A stretch of DNA of 64,000 bases. Origin: Eledone cirrhosa. Taxonomy: Eukaryota. Shown one piece after another: positions 9,595-21,575 of this stretch. A program made the position numbers and the translations under genes. Below the pieces are notes generated by a model. It saw only the letters and a program-made list of their open reading frames with translations, ran no database searches and was not told the origin of the DNA. Location: NCBI GenBank assembly GCA_964016885.1, contig OZ024741.1, positions 56,110,001 to 56,174,000 on the forward strand, written 5' to 3'. Within the stretch, counting starts at the first letter, position 1. Each line of letters opens with the position of its first letter.

Positions 9595-10402
9595 GTAAGT
9601 AATTTCTCTCCTCCCTCATGTTATCACATCATTTATTCATTCAGCCTCATCGCTCTCTGTGGAGCATAGATCATTGACGACCTTCTGCCATTGTACACAA
9701 TCCTGGGCTGCACTTGCCATTCCACTCCAGTTGGCTTTCAGTTTTCTTAATTCAGTTTGAGATAAGCTCTACAGTGTCCAAACACTGCTGACTTGTGGAG
9801 GAGTTATGTCAAACAACTACTGTTGTGAATATAACTGATCTGGCTATCGGCTGTGTCCATTGTGAAGATATCCTTGCCATTTTCCTTTAGTCAGGAAGGG
9901 TAGACAGTTTTCATCTGCTTGGGAGTCGGTGATAGCAAAATTAGGTTGTGTAATGGACTTGCTAGAAAGGTTTGAAGACAAGCACTTTTCTCTTTGGTAA
10001 AGCTCTGATTAACCTTTTCAGGTTTCACTTGAACAGAAAAAAATCTGGATGGAGAGTGAGTTGCTGCCTTCCAATCAGTTTGTTGAAAGGTTGATGTGTG
10101 GCAAGCAGTGTCCAAGTGAATGGGCCTGCTCTGAGTATACATCTATAGATTGGAGGGAGCACTTACTCTAGCTGTCAGGGTAACCATGGCTTTTTGTAGG
10201 CTTTCTCCACGAGTGATCCTCGGAAATCTCCCCATTATTGGGAAATTTTCTTAGAATTTTTTTTTTAATGTTGTTTTGTTAAACATTTTTCACCTAGAAA
10301 AACCCACATTGTATCATCCTGTGCAGTCCTTAATATTTTCATGTGAACCCCTTGTGGTTAGTAAAGAAATCATTATTATTGTTGTTGTTTGTTTTCTTGC
10401 AG

Positions 10403-10486
10403 CATCAACGGTAATGAATCTTGTGTGGAAATTTTGATAGAAAAGCTGGGAGATGACATTGTGAAAGTGACAGATTCCAAGGGCAG
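10403..10486 (+). CDS. ANKRD28: ANKRD28-family exon (INGNESCVEILIEKLGDDIVKVTDSKGR)
   Basis: TTGCAG acceptor and GTAACT donor, phase 2-2. Confidence 0.9.
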
Positions 10487-10673
10487 GTAACTAGGATCAT
10501 TGTTTCTCTGTACAGTTTTGTTATTTTCTATTGTTGTTATTCTTATTTTAATGGTGTCTTGTTAAAAATTCCTTCTCCCTCTCTCTCTCTCCTACACTTG
10601 GCATTATCTCCCTCTCTCTGTAGTGATGATACTGATGACAATGGTAACTATATACATGTGCATTCTCTTTCAG

Positions 10674-10819
10674 AACACCGTTACATGCGGCTGCGTTTGG
10701 TAACCATTATGAATGCATGCAGATATTGTTGAATCACGGTGCTGACTGCAACTCTTCTGATCGGATGGGACGGACACCGATAACATTAGCTGCAGCCAAC
10801 GGTCACTCAACTGTAGTAG
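10674..10819 (+). CDS. ANKRD28: ANKRD28-family exon (TPLHAAAFGNHYECMQILLNHGADCNSSDRMGRTPITLAAANGHSTVV)
   Basis: TTTCAG acceptor and GTAGGT donor, phase 2-1. Confidence 0.9.
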
Positions 10820-11339
10820 GTAGGTCACTTATTACACATCAAACTGACCACTGAATGGGACAGACACTGATAACCTTAGCAGCAGTCAATGGTCACTTAA
10901 TATTATTATTACACATCAAACTGACCACTGGATGGGACAGACACTGATGACATGAACAGCAGTCAATGGTCACTTAATATTATTATTACACACCAACAGT
11001 CATTCAATATTATTACTACACACTAAGGGCTGTGGATTGGCATTTATGTACTGGGGTCAATTTAATCAACCCCCCCCCCCCCCAAAAAAAAATTATTGGC
11101 CTTGTGCCTAAGTCAGATACTATTATTACACACTCAACTGAGTTTAGCAGAAAATATTTTTAAGAAGGTTTGTTAATTCAAATGTTTATAGTACCTTTAC
11201 TAATGAACAGTTCGTTGTGAGAATTTGCAGTATTAGAAACTAAAGACTTTACTTTTAACAATAATAATGCTGTTTTATACTTTTCAAGAATGTCTTACTA
11301 AAGGGGGGGTTATTATTGTTATTATTGTTTTTGTTGTTA

Positions 11340-11760
11340 TTCCTGAGAGGGTCATGGGGGAAGAGTCCCCAGACATGCCTTCCAGAGGGTCCTATCAGAA
11401 GCCACTGTCTCCAAATGATCTGAGAACAACTGAGTTTATGGATGTTATCCAACCATCTAGCTGTGGTTTACCTGTTGGTTTCTTGCCGGTTGGCTTTGCT
11501 CATAAAATCTGTCCAAGGATTCTTTCCTTAAACATTCTAACCACATGTTCTTAGCACCGGAGCTGTGATCTCTCGATTCAGAGAAGTAGCAGCTCTGTCT
11601 GAAGTGTCTCCCTGATCTCCAAGCTACACACCCTATCAAGTAACATTATTCCAAAAACCCTTCAGAGGAACCCCATTTCAGCCTCCTGTACTTGTAATTG
11701 TATTCTTTCAGTCACTACCCAAGATTTATGACCATAGGTAAAGGTAAGCAATATCAACAT
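11340..11760 (-). mobile_element. Degenerate 3' fragment of an Expander/Rex3-like RTE LINE
   Basis: Minus-strand LTYGH..W-like and LCEQSQPARN/GRP-like remnants. Related copies lie at 12150-12620 and 54470-55390. Confidence 0.65.
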
Positions 11761-11854
11761 AGAAAGACAGTTGTAAAATGATGATGACCAACACTGACCA
11801 GTGATCTCATATAATACTGAACAATATAACTAAACATAGTTTCTTCTGTTATAG

Positions 11855-11934
11855 AACTGCTGTTGGAAAACGGTGCTGATCTGTCCTTGGTAGACGATGA
11901 CAAGAATACCCCCCTTCACCATGCTTGTATAAAT
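11855..11934 (+). CDS. ANKRD28: ANKRD28-family exon (ELLLENGADLSLVDDDKNTPLHHACIN)
   Basis: TTATAG acceptor and GTAAGT donor, phase 1-0. Confidence 0.9.
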
Positions 11935-12149
11935 GTAAGTTTTACATATTTATCTCTCTTTTCATCCTGTTTCTAATTGTCTATTTGTGTATCTGTCTCA
12001 TAAATATTTTTTTTTTAGAGCACCATACCTCTGCCTCATCTCATGTTGCATAGCAACGGTCTCTCTTTCTCATTAATATATATTCTCTCTCCTCCTCTCT
12101 TTACAGCCCCACACCTTGTCCTATGTTGCTATGCAACTCACTTCCCCTT

Positions 12150-12620
12150 TTTTTGCTTTCATCTTCACCTTCTTCTTGGCTTCCAGAGGGTGCTATAAGA
12201 AGCAACCATCTATAAATAACTCTGCTGGATCACCAAAAGAGATCAACCAAGCTAATGGATGCTAGCTCTACTTCTGGGACTCCAGCCAGTTGCTTTTGCT
12301 CGTAAAATCTGTCTAGTGATTCTTTCCTTAGACATATTAACCACATGTCTGTAGTACTGGAGCTCTGATCTCTGAGCTATGCAACCTATCGAGTAACATT
12401 ACTCCAAAAACCCTTCGAAGGAACTCCCATTTCAGCCACTTTTATTCTTGATTGAATTTTTTTGGTTCTTTTTACCCAAGATTCATGACCATAGGTTAAG
12501 GTAGGCACGAACACCAAATGCAAGATAGCGAGTTTGGCTTTTATATCTACCTCCCTTTTTCTAATGACTGGCTGCTGAACCCAGTGCATAACTCTGCCAG
12601 CTCTTACAATTCTTGCACTT
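12150..12620 (-). mobile_element. Degenerate Expander/Rex3-like RTE fragment
   Basis: ORF 12386-12589 reads KAKLAILHLVFVPTLTYGHESWV...IKVAEMG, a typical RTE post-RT segment. Confidence 0.75.
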
Positions 12621-12710
12621 AATTAAGCCTCATGTCTTTACTCTCACTGCTCCTCTCTTTATAGAACCACCCAGTTAATTTATCTACTCCTTCTGCTCCT
12701 CTCTTTACAG

Positions 12711-12793
12711 CACCATGCCCATGTTGCCATGCAACTGCTAAAGAAGATAACTGACTCTACAACTGTAAATATTGCCAATTCTGAACTGAAGAT
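12711..12793 (+). CDS. ANKRD28: ANKRD28-family exon (HHAHVAMQLLKKITDSTTVNIANSELKI)
   Basis: TTACAG acceptor and GTAAGT donor, phase 0-2. Aligns to the EKITD...NATNAALQ segment of ANKRD28. Confidence 0.88.
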
Positions 12794-12867
12794 GTAAGTA
12801 CAGTGTGTATATGTGTGTACAATATCAACTGTTTAGTCCTCTCATCATCATCATTGTTTATTGTCCA

Positions 12868-13093
12868 TTAGCCCTTTAGCATTTAAAACTGGCCGTATCC
12901 AGCCAGATTTCTTTCACCTCTTTCTGTTCAAACTGGCCATAAGTAGCTGCTCATACTTATGTTAAGGTATTGTTCTCAAAATAAATAACATCAAAATCTC
13001 GTAGATTTAATATTGAGATAATTATGTGAAATAAAGTATTTACTGTGAAAATACAATAGTAAATATAGAATAATGTAAATGCTGAGAGAGGTT
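12868..13093. mobile_element. piggyBac-type MITE (degenerate copy)
   Basis: TTAG-CCCTTTAGCATTTA ... TAAATGCTGAGAG, with a body similar to 7245-7449. Confidence 0.7.
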
Positions 13094-13409
13094 GGGTTCT
13101 CGTGGCTTTGACACAACTGAAGCCAAAGTTAACCATAAAGGGCTAAAACACCAAAAATTGTCTTTGATGAACCAATGTATTGTCATCCTACATCAATATT
13201 TATATATATTTTTAAGACTGATATATTATATATCGAAGTGTGTTGTATAAGGTGACTAAAATATGCATCCAGTCATAAAAAACTCTGCCTTGAAAAGTCC
13301 CATCTAATGCATTCCAGCATGAGAAAGCAAAAGCAGATGTAAAAATGATGATGTTTATATATATAAATATATATATATATTAAAATAACATGGTTGAATT
13401 ATTATTATA

Positions 13410-13440
<31 letters not shown>

Positions 13441-13778
13441 TCAACCATGGGCTTAGGGAGAATTATACCATTTTATTATTTTTACATATGGGCAGTGGAT
13501 TGGCAGTATCAGTGGTATGTCGGACAATATGCTTTACTGCATATTGTTATGACCCTTTCCATTCTGATTTCAAATCCCACTAAGATTAGCTTTGCCTTTC
13601 ATCTTTATGGGGTCAATAATATAAAGTACCAGTAATGCACTGGGTTTTATTTAATCTCCTTACCCCTTCTAATTGCTGGCCTTGAATCAAAAGTAGAAAC
13701 AACTATTTTTATATGTTTCGCCAAATGTAGAAAATATCTAAAGATAGGGATGATTAAAAAAATGTGTTTATCATTTCA

Positions 13779-14696
13779 TTAACCCTTTAGCATTTAAACT
13801 GGCCATATCCGGCCAGAATTCTCTCACCTCTTTCTGTTCAAACTAGCTATAACTGACTGCTCATACTTATGTTAAGGTATTGTTCTCAAAATAGATAATA
13901 TCAAAGTCTCGTACATGCTAGCGTGGAAAATGGACGTTAAACGAAGATGATGATGATGAATTCATCATTATCATCATCATCATCATCGTTTAACGTCCAT
14001 CTTCCACGCTTGTATGGGTTTGGACGGGAGTTTTCCCACTTGAGGCAAGATTGGTTGTCCTGCTCGTATAGGACTGTCTGGCCGGTTTTCTACAGCTGGA
14101 TGCCCTTCCTAACACCAACCACGTTTACAGTGTGGACTGGGAGGTTTTTACCGTGTTACCTACATGGCCACATTACAGCGTGGACTGTTTGTTTTTTGTC
14201 GTGACACCTACACGTCTGGCTTGTTTTCTACGGCTGGCTGCCCTTCCTAACACCAACCACGTTTACAGTGTGGACTGGGAGGTTTTTACCGTGTTACCTA
14301 CACGGCCACATTACAGCGTGGACTGTGTTTTTTTTTGTCGTGACACCTACACGACCTCATTTGTTTCGAACTGGATGTTGTGGTACCAACATAACTTCAC
14401 ATTGAAGGGGGTGGTGTGGATGGGGTGGGGGTAGTGGGACAGGGGTGTATTTTTGTTAGAGGTGCCTACTGACTGTAGGTTTCGCTTTGTACTTAGGCAA
14501 GGCGGGTCTTCTGTATTACTGTGTAGCGCCAAAGATTCAGTGACATTGTCTTGGAGAGGTGTAAGTGTGTGAGGTCGGAATTTATCAAGTCGTCCCAGGT
14601 TTTTCTGGGTCTGCCTACTCCGTGGCTACCATGAGAGATAAAGCCTTTACTGCAAAAATACAATAGTATATATAGAGTATTGTAAATGCTAAAGGG
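13779..14696. mobile_element. piggyBac-type MITE split by nested RTE 3' fragments
   Basis: The MITE left part is 13779-13912 and the right part is 14634-14696. Between them are a short + RTE tail (13914-13959) and a - strand subfamily B 3' fragment (13962-14633) with an internal ~135-bp duplication. Confidence 0.8.
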
Positions 14697-14869
14697 TACC
14701 AGCATAGGAAATTAAATCCATATACAAGTAACTATTCTAAAAAAAAAAAATGAGATGTAACAAATAAAGAAATGGAAATATCCTTACATATATTAATCTT
14801 CAGTATATATAAACTTATACCGTCTAACCCATGCTAGCATGGAGGAACGGACGTAAAATGGTGATGATG

Positions 14870-14918
<49 letters not shown>

Positions 14919-15391
14919 AAGCACTACACAATAATTTTCATTATTATACTATATATATATGATGATAATGATCTTCATCATTTAACGTCTGTTTTCCCTG
15001 CTAGCAAAGGTTGGATGGAGTGTCACCAACTAAGTCAGTATTCAAGCAGAGCTACTGATCTGTCAAATGAGTTGGTAGGGTGGGGGAGGGAGGTGCATAC
15101 TATGCCACTTACATATGTTCCCACTCTCTACCGTGTGACATTCTATTGTGGTACCAACACGCGGCGGCAGCGATGGTATTGGTTGTGGTGGTGGTCACAC
15201 TACTAAAAAAATTCAAGGTAATTTTTCGTTGTGTGTGCCATTCAGATAGCCAAATAGGCCACAGTTTGCCAATGACTGTGCTTAAAGTTTCTGCCAATTC
15301 ATCATCATGATGAGCTAACTGTGATGGCCAGTAAGTCCCAACATGTTGACCACATGCCTACTAACATAACATCTCTGTTGTTTCGTTTCAG

Positions 15392-15483
15392 CCCTTTACA
15401 CATTGCTGCCAGGAATGGGTTGGTGGCCATTGTTAGAGAATTGCTACTGAAAGGTTCCAGTGTGATGGCATTAGATGAAAGTG
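15392..15483 (+). CDS. ANKRD28: ANKRD28-family exon (PLHIAARNGLVAIVRELLLKGSSVMALDESG)
   Basis: TTTCAG acceptor and GTGAGT donor, phase 2-1. Confidence 0.92.
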
Positions 15484-15684
15484 GTGAGTAAAGCTACCTA
15501 CCTACCTAACTTTACCTTCTCTGTACATTATCCTCTACTTCTTTCACCACTACCTTTTTTTTCTTCTTCAGATTGTGTGTGTATGTATGTGCATATGTCT
15601 GTCTGTCTGTAAATGTGTACATACACCACCACAACCACCATCACTAGCATTGTTATTACTGTTTGTTTTTCTCTCATATAACAG

Positions 15685-15807
15685 GTTACACCCCAGCTTT
15701 GGCCTGTGCTCCAAACAGCCAGGTGGCAGACTGTCTCTCCATTATCCTAAGCCACATGATGCCTTTCCACAACAATTCCACTTACAGAATCAACCGTTCC
15801 AGTCTAG
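15685..15807 (+). CDS. ANKRD28: ANKRD28-family exon ([40 protein letters not shown])
   Basis: AACAG acceptor and GTAAGT donor, phase 1-1. [20 protein letters not shown] is diagnostic of ANKRD28/44/52. Confidence 0.93.
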
Positions 15808-15832
15808 GTAAGTGAGTCTACAGTGCCACATT

Positions 15833-15882
<50 letters not shown>

Positions 15883-16045
15883 CTATAATATATTTGTGAG
15901 TGAATAATAATAATAATAATAATATTATAATATCATAATATTATTAATATTCGGTTTGTTACATTATTATAATTCACTCACAAATACATTTAGGTATCCA
16001 CCATGTTAAGAGCGAAAACAAATTTTGTTTTTTACGTATATATAT

Positions 16046-16083
<38 letters not shown>

Positions 16084-16457
16084 GTAATATAGATATATAT
16101 ATATATATATGGTTTATAGTTAATCAGTCCTTTGTTTTGTGATCAATTCAGAAAGCAAAAGAAACAGAAATGTTATTGATATATTGACTAATACATAGCA
16201 GTTATGCAACTCCATAGTGTTAGCCTCAGGATCAACAACAGAATGAATGTATTTTGTCAATATATCAGTAAACATTTTTGTTTATTTTTCCCTCTGAAGC
16301 GATCGTAGACAATGGATTAACTACTAAACCTTGTCTCATTTGTTTCATTATTCAATATTATATATATATGCACAAAATATCTCTGATAAATATGTGTAAA
16401 GCCTTACCGAGCATGTATGTGTGTGTGTATGTATATATATATATATGTGTGTGTGCA

Positions 16458-16504
<47 letters not shown>

Positions 16505-16924
16505 ATGTATAAATATATATATATATTTGTTTGTGTGTGTGTATATGTGTATATATATTGTATGTGTATATATATATATATGTGTGTGTGCATGTGTATA
16601 TGTGTGTGTGTGTGTGTGTGCATGTGTAAATATATATATATATATTTATGTTTGTGTGTGTGTATATGTGTATATATATTGTATGTGTATATATATATAT
16701 GTGTGTGTTAGCTGTGCATTAGAAATTCTGTTCCATTAGATATTGATGTTATTACTGTTGTGCTGTCTTGTTAGAAGCCCTTCCACTTCCCCACCCATGC
16801 ACTTCACTCCCTCCACCCTTATACTTATATAGCTTTGTTCCACACCACTGCACATTTTGTTGTCAGCATTCCATGCATGACTGCCTTGATCAGTTTCCAT
16901 CTAGTGTGTGTTGTGCTGTGTTAC

Positions 16925-17279
16925 GGTGTGATAGTATATGTTAGTAAAACATGGACAGTGTATATATATAGGACAATATATGGTGTGTGTGTATATAGTC
17001 GACTATATGTGGTTTGTGTATATAAACTACATGTACTGTGTATATGATTGTAAAATATGGACAGTGTAAATAGTCTCATCATCATCATCGTTTAACGTCC
17101 ATTAAACAATGATGATGATGATGATAATGAGACTATTTACACTGTCCATATTTTACAATCATATACACAGTACATGTAGTTTATATACACAAACCACATA
17201 TAGTCCCTTATATACACACACACCATATATTGTCCTATATATACACACTGTCCATGTTTTACTAACATATACCATCACA
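16925..17279. repeat. Long near-perfect inverted repeat (~170-bp arms)
   Basis: 16925-17096 is the reverse complement of 17102-17279 with few mismatches. Confidence 0.92.
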
Positions 17280-17619
17280 TATGGTATGTGTAAGACATTT
17301 AATGGCATATGGTAGTATATGTGATGTGTGTAAAATAAAGAGCAACACACCCTGATGGCAGTGGCACAGACATGTTGTCTCCCCTTTCTGCCTTTACACT
17401 ACTGATGCCTCTGCTCCTCAGAACTGGCTGATTTCATGTCACCTCTACTTTGGCATTCCTGATTCACTCATCTCCCACCCCACCAGACCTTGTAATAACC
17501 ACTACACATAATCTTTCCTCTCCAGAATGCTGGCCCTCTGGTAGTCTTTACCTGAGCCATTGACTTCCAACAGGTCAAGTAAAACATTAAATTCAATCCC
17601 ACTTGGTTAGAAAGGCCAG

Positions 17620-17770
17620 TGAAGCCCATGGGCATTGCCCCTTCCTCTCAGATCTGAGCCCATGGGAACTGCCACTTCCCAAAGGTTATGGGCATAGCCC
17701 TCCCCCCATACCTGAGACATTGGGCACAGCCCTTTCCTCCATACCTGAGCCCATGGGCACTGCTCCTCTC
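17620..17770. repeat. Degenerate ~32-bp minisatellite
   Basis: Recurring unit similar to CTGAGCCCATGGGCACTGCCCCTTCC. Confidence 0.7.
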
Positions 17771-19669
17771 TGTAGAACAAACTAGTAAATATATGTGAGA
17801 GGATTAAATAACATAAGTTCCTAATTACAATAAGCCAACATAAACATAAATGTGAAACTACTGTCATGGCTGTGCATTATATAAATATGAGATAACTTTT
17901 ATGGTTGTCTAATATCAATGCATGAAACGTATTGTGCGGTGCACTACAGTGGTTTTGTATTGAGTGTGTGTGGTTTACGGTAGAGTAGAACACTACTGTG
18001 TAGTTTACAGCAGTGTGGTGTATTGCAGTGTGATGTACTGCTGTTTGGTGTACTGCAATGTGGTGGTAGTTCAGTGTATGTGATTTAGGGTAGAATGAAG
18101 CCCTACTATATGTGTACTGCAGTGTGGTTGTAGTGCAGTGTGTGTTAGGGTAGAATGCATCACTCCTGTATAGAGTTAGTGCAGTGTATGTGAAATTAGA
18201 GGGCAAGCCAAACAAGTTATAGGAAGAAGTGGACATCAACACAGATAAAATAACAGGTTCAGTGTGTACAAAGAGAAATCCTGCATTGCAGACCCTTCCA
18301 ACCCATGTTAGCAGTACTTCCAGTACACTCTGTAAAGTTATCGGTGATGGAAATAGCATCTGGCCATAGAAAACTTGCCAAACAAAGGGTTTGAAAGACT
18401 CTTCAGTTTGACCAAAAACATGACAACCTCCTTAGTGCTGGTGCCATGATAAAATGCACAGTGCACACTGTTGAGTGAGAGACCAGTGGCTCCGATTAAG
18501 TACTGACTTGGTTTGTGGCAACCTGTCCAAACTTTGCTTGCAGGGAAAACATGTTAAATGATGATAATAAGGATGAGCAACAAATCATAAAACACAGGTG
18601 CAGCCCCCTGCTAATTAATTTCTCCCCTCCTCCTCAACAACATTTCATTATAGAATGTCTAAGGCAAAGAAGTGACAGAAACTCTAATAGTCTATTCTGT
18701 TCCGAGTTCAAATCTCATCGTTGGTTGATTTTGCCTTTGAGGATTGGTGAAATAAAATGCTGCCAATGATCTAATTGTCTCCCTATATTCTCCAACTATT
18801 GACTTGTCACAACTATTGAGTGTGGCTACTAATGAGTACAGCTTTCAATGAGTGTGGCTACTGTTGAGTGTAGTTTTCTTTGAGTGTGCCTAATGGTGAA
18901 TGTAGCCAGTGGCTACAGTTGAGTGTGGCTATTGCCAAAGGTGAATGCCCTTAAGTGGTGGACATGTCGACAGAACAACATCCACCCTCTGGACTCTCTC
19001 TCACTTCCCTGCTCCAAATTTTGCTGTCTGCTGACCAATCAACAATTTACCACTTACATTGTAATATTTTCAGAGAATTCACCCTCCGGTGATGATGATG
19101 ATGACATTGATGATGATGATGACTATCAGAAACCAATGTAATATACACATGCATAAATACTTACATATACATATATATATATATGTATATGTATATATAT
19201 ATAATATTCTTTATTTTTAACTCTGACTAATTTTCTGAGCCAGTCTGGCCATCACAACTCCCACCTCTTCCAATATCAAACACACTGACATCACTGTTGC
19301 CATTAGCAACAGTAGCATTTTGGTTGTCCCTGCCCTACCCACTTTCCAATAATTTGCATGTATCTGGTCAGTCTTGGCTCATTCTGGCTTATGACTAATC
19401 TAACGTAGTTGTAGTGTGGCCCCTTAAACTGCTGATACTTTGGCCTTGTGGAGGTCCCTTGACCCACAGACACTGCTTTATTTTTTCCATTCTGTCACAC
19501 ACACACACTCATTCTCTTTCTCTCTCTTTCTTTCTATGTAGGGGTCTGTATGGGATGTGTATAAGGTGGTACACTATACACATTAGATATATATTGATTA
19601 CAAATTTAATTTTGTTTACACACACAAACACTCGGAAAGCAAGCCTACCAAAGAAAAGATAGGATGGAC

Positions 19670-19950
19670 TCTTCAACTGTGTCATAGACATGATAACTTC
19701 CTTACTGTTGGTAATGTACACGATAAACGGTCACCCAGTACACTCGGTAAATTGGTTGGTGATAGGAAGGGCATCTAGCCATACAAAAATTTTCAAAGGG
19801 ATGTGAGGACATTTCAGCTGTGCCATAGACATGACAGTCCCCTTACTGTTGGTAATGTACATGATAAACGGTCACCCAGTACACTCTGTAAAAAAGAAAG
19901 AAAAAAAATGGTTGTTGATAGGAAGGGTATCCAGCCATAGAAAACTTGCC
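19670..19950. repeat. ~140-bp tandem duplication of an RTE-tail/SINE-related segment
   Basis: CATAGACATGA...CTTACTGTTGGTAATGTACA.GATAAACGGTCACCCAGTACACTC occurs twice. Confidence 0.75.
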
Positions 19951-20347
19951 TAACAAAAAGTCAGGAAGTCTCTACAGCGTTAGAAATCCTACTAAAAATT
20001 ATACATGGTCCCTCCAACCTCTCTAGTCTTGGACCATAACAACCCATCCAACTGTGGTAAATGGATGTAAAATAATTCTGCTACTGTTGTCTATTAATCT
20101 GGGGTTTTTTGGTTTGGTTTTTGTTTTTTTTGTCAAAAGACTCCTGTAAATTTTCTCATCCATTCTTTTTGTTATCACCTCATATGCATCTTACCAGTAG
20201 AGTTGTTCCCCAATCTGTTGGACGAACTGACATCACAAGTACAATACCACCTTAATGTGCAAAATTGCATGCCAGTAAGGTAGCTGACAAAGTACAAATG
20301 CAGCTGTCTGTTCATCATATGTAACTATGTGCATTTTCTGATGATAC

Positions 20348-20439
<92 letters not shown>

Positions 20440-20441
<2 letters not shown>

Positions 20442-21035
20442 CGACCATCGGACAGGTTGTATTCCAGTACAACCTGTCCCATGGTCGGGTCGTTGGCGAC
20501 TAAACTGGCAACCCCACCAAGGTTTCTTGGTGAGGAGGGTGACTTTGGACATCCAGCAGGACTAAAAACAAAACCTGTCAAAGGGCAAAGGAACTCTTAA
20601 GAGTCAATGGGCATCCAAAATCACTGGGAGAGATGACCCCTTAGCCTTTGTCAAGGCAGAATTCTAGGAGAAGGAAAACTCTGATATAACACCTGCAACC
20701 CTGATGGTATCCAATGATGTTGACTTGTTCTTCTTTTTGGTAAATATCATCTTGGTTAAGAGAGTGGGACTGGCTTTGTGCAGTGCCTTTGCCCACTATA
20801 AAAGCTTCACGGCACAGGCATTGCTTTATATCTGGAGATCTATCTGCACTTGTCGTCACATGGTACCATGGGCCCAGCACTATGTGTCAATAATTGTCAC
20901 AAGTGTAGTGTTTGTACCAGAGTTTTCAAGTCAATGGCTGGACTAAAAAGTCACACTCGTAGGGGTTTGGTAGGGGTTCTCCTACATGGATATAAAGTAG
21001 TGGCCGTACTCAAAAACGAGTTGGCAGCCACAATA
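20440..21035 (+). mobile_element. Short bipartite non-autonomous RTE-like element (5' UTR-like part joined to a C-terminal C2H2 finger)
   Basis: A 5' hairpin, the RTE 5'-UTR-like motif CTAGGAGAAGGAAAACTCTGA and a 3' peptide CSVCTRVFKSMAGLKSHTRR. It is flanked by (TA)n, and a related 5' part occurs on the - strand at ~39250-39400. Confidence 0.6.
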
Positions 21036-21575
21036 TATATATGTATATATACATACATGCATGCATATATATAGTTGCCAATGGCTAATGTTAATCACCC
21101 AACCATGAGAGCACTCTGTATTTCTAAGTCTGCACTTAACCAGGCAGGCAGGCATTTGATTATTTATTGATTTGAGACTGAAGATTCAGTTCACACCAGC
21201 TCCAAGTCTCCCAGCTGTGTGTTGGACATCTTTGGATAGGCATTAATGCTGACAATACTGAGATGTCTTTTATAGGAATGGTTAAATTGTTGCTCTCTCA
21301 TATAAGTTGTTGTTGGGTGTGGCAGCAGGGACAGCAGCATTAGTGTGATTATTAGTACAGTGGATTGGCAGTATTAGTAGGACATCAGACAACATGCTTT
21401 GAAGAATACAGCTACGGCCCTTTACGTTCTGAGTTCAAATCCCACTGAAGTTATCTTCACCTTTCATCTTTACAGTGTTGATAAAATAAAGTACTAGTAA
21501 TGCACAGGGGTTGATTTAATTGAATTTACCCTTCCCTTCAAATTGCTGGTCTTGTGCCTAAATCAAAGACCATTC

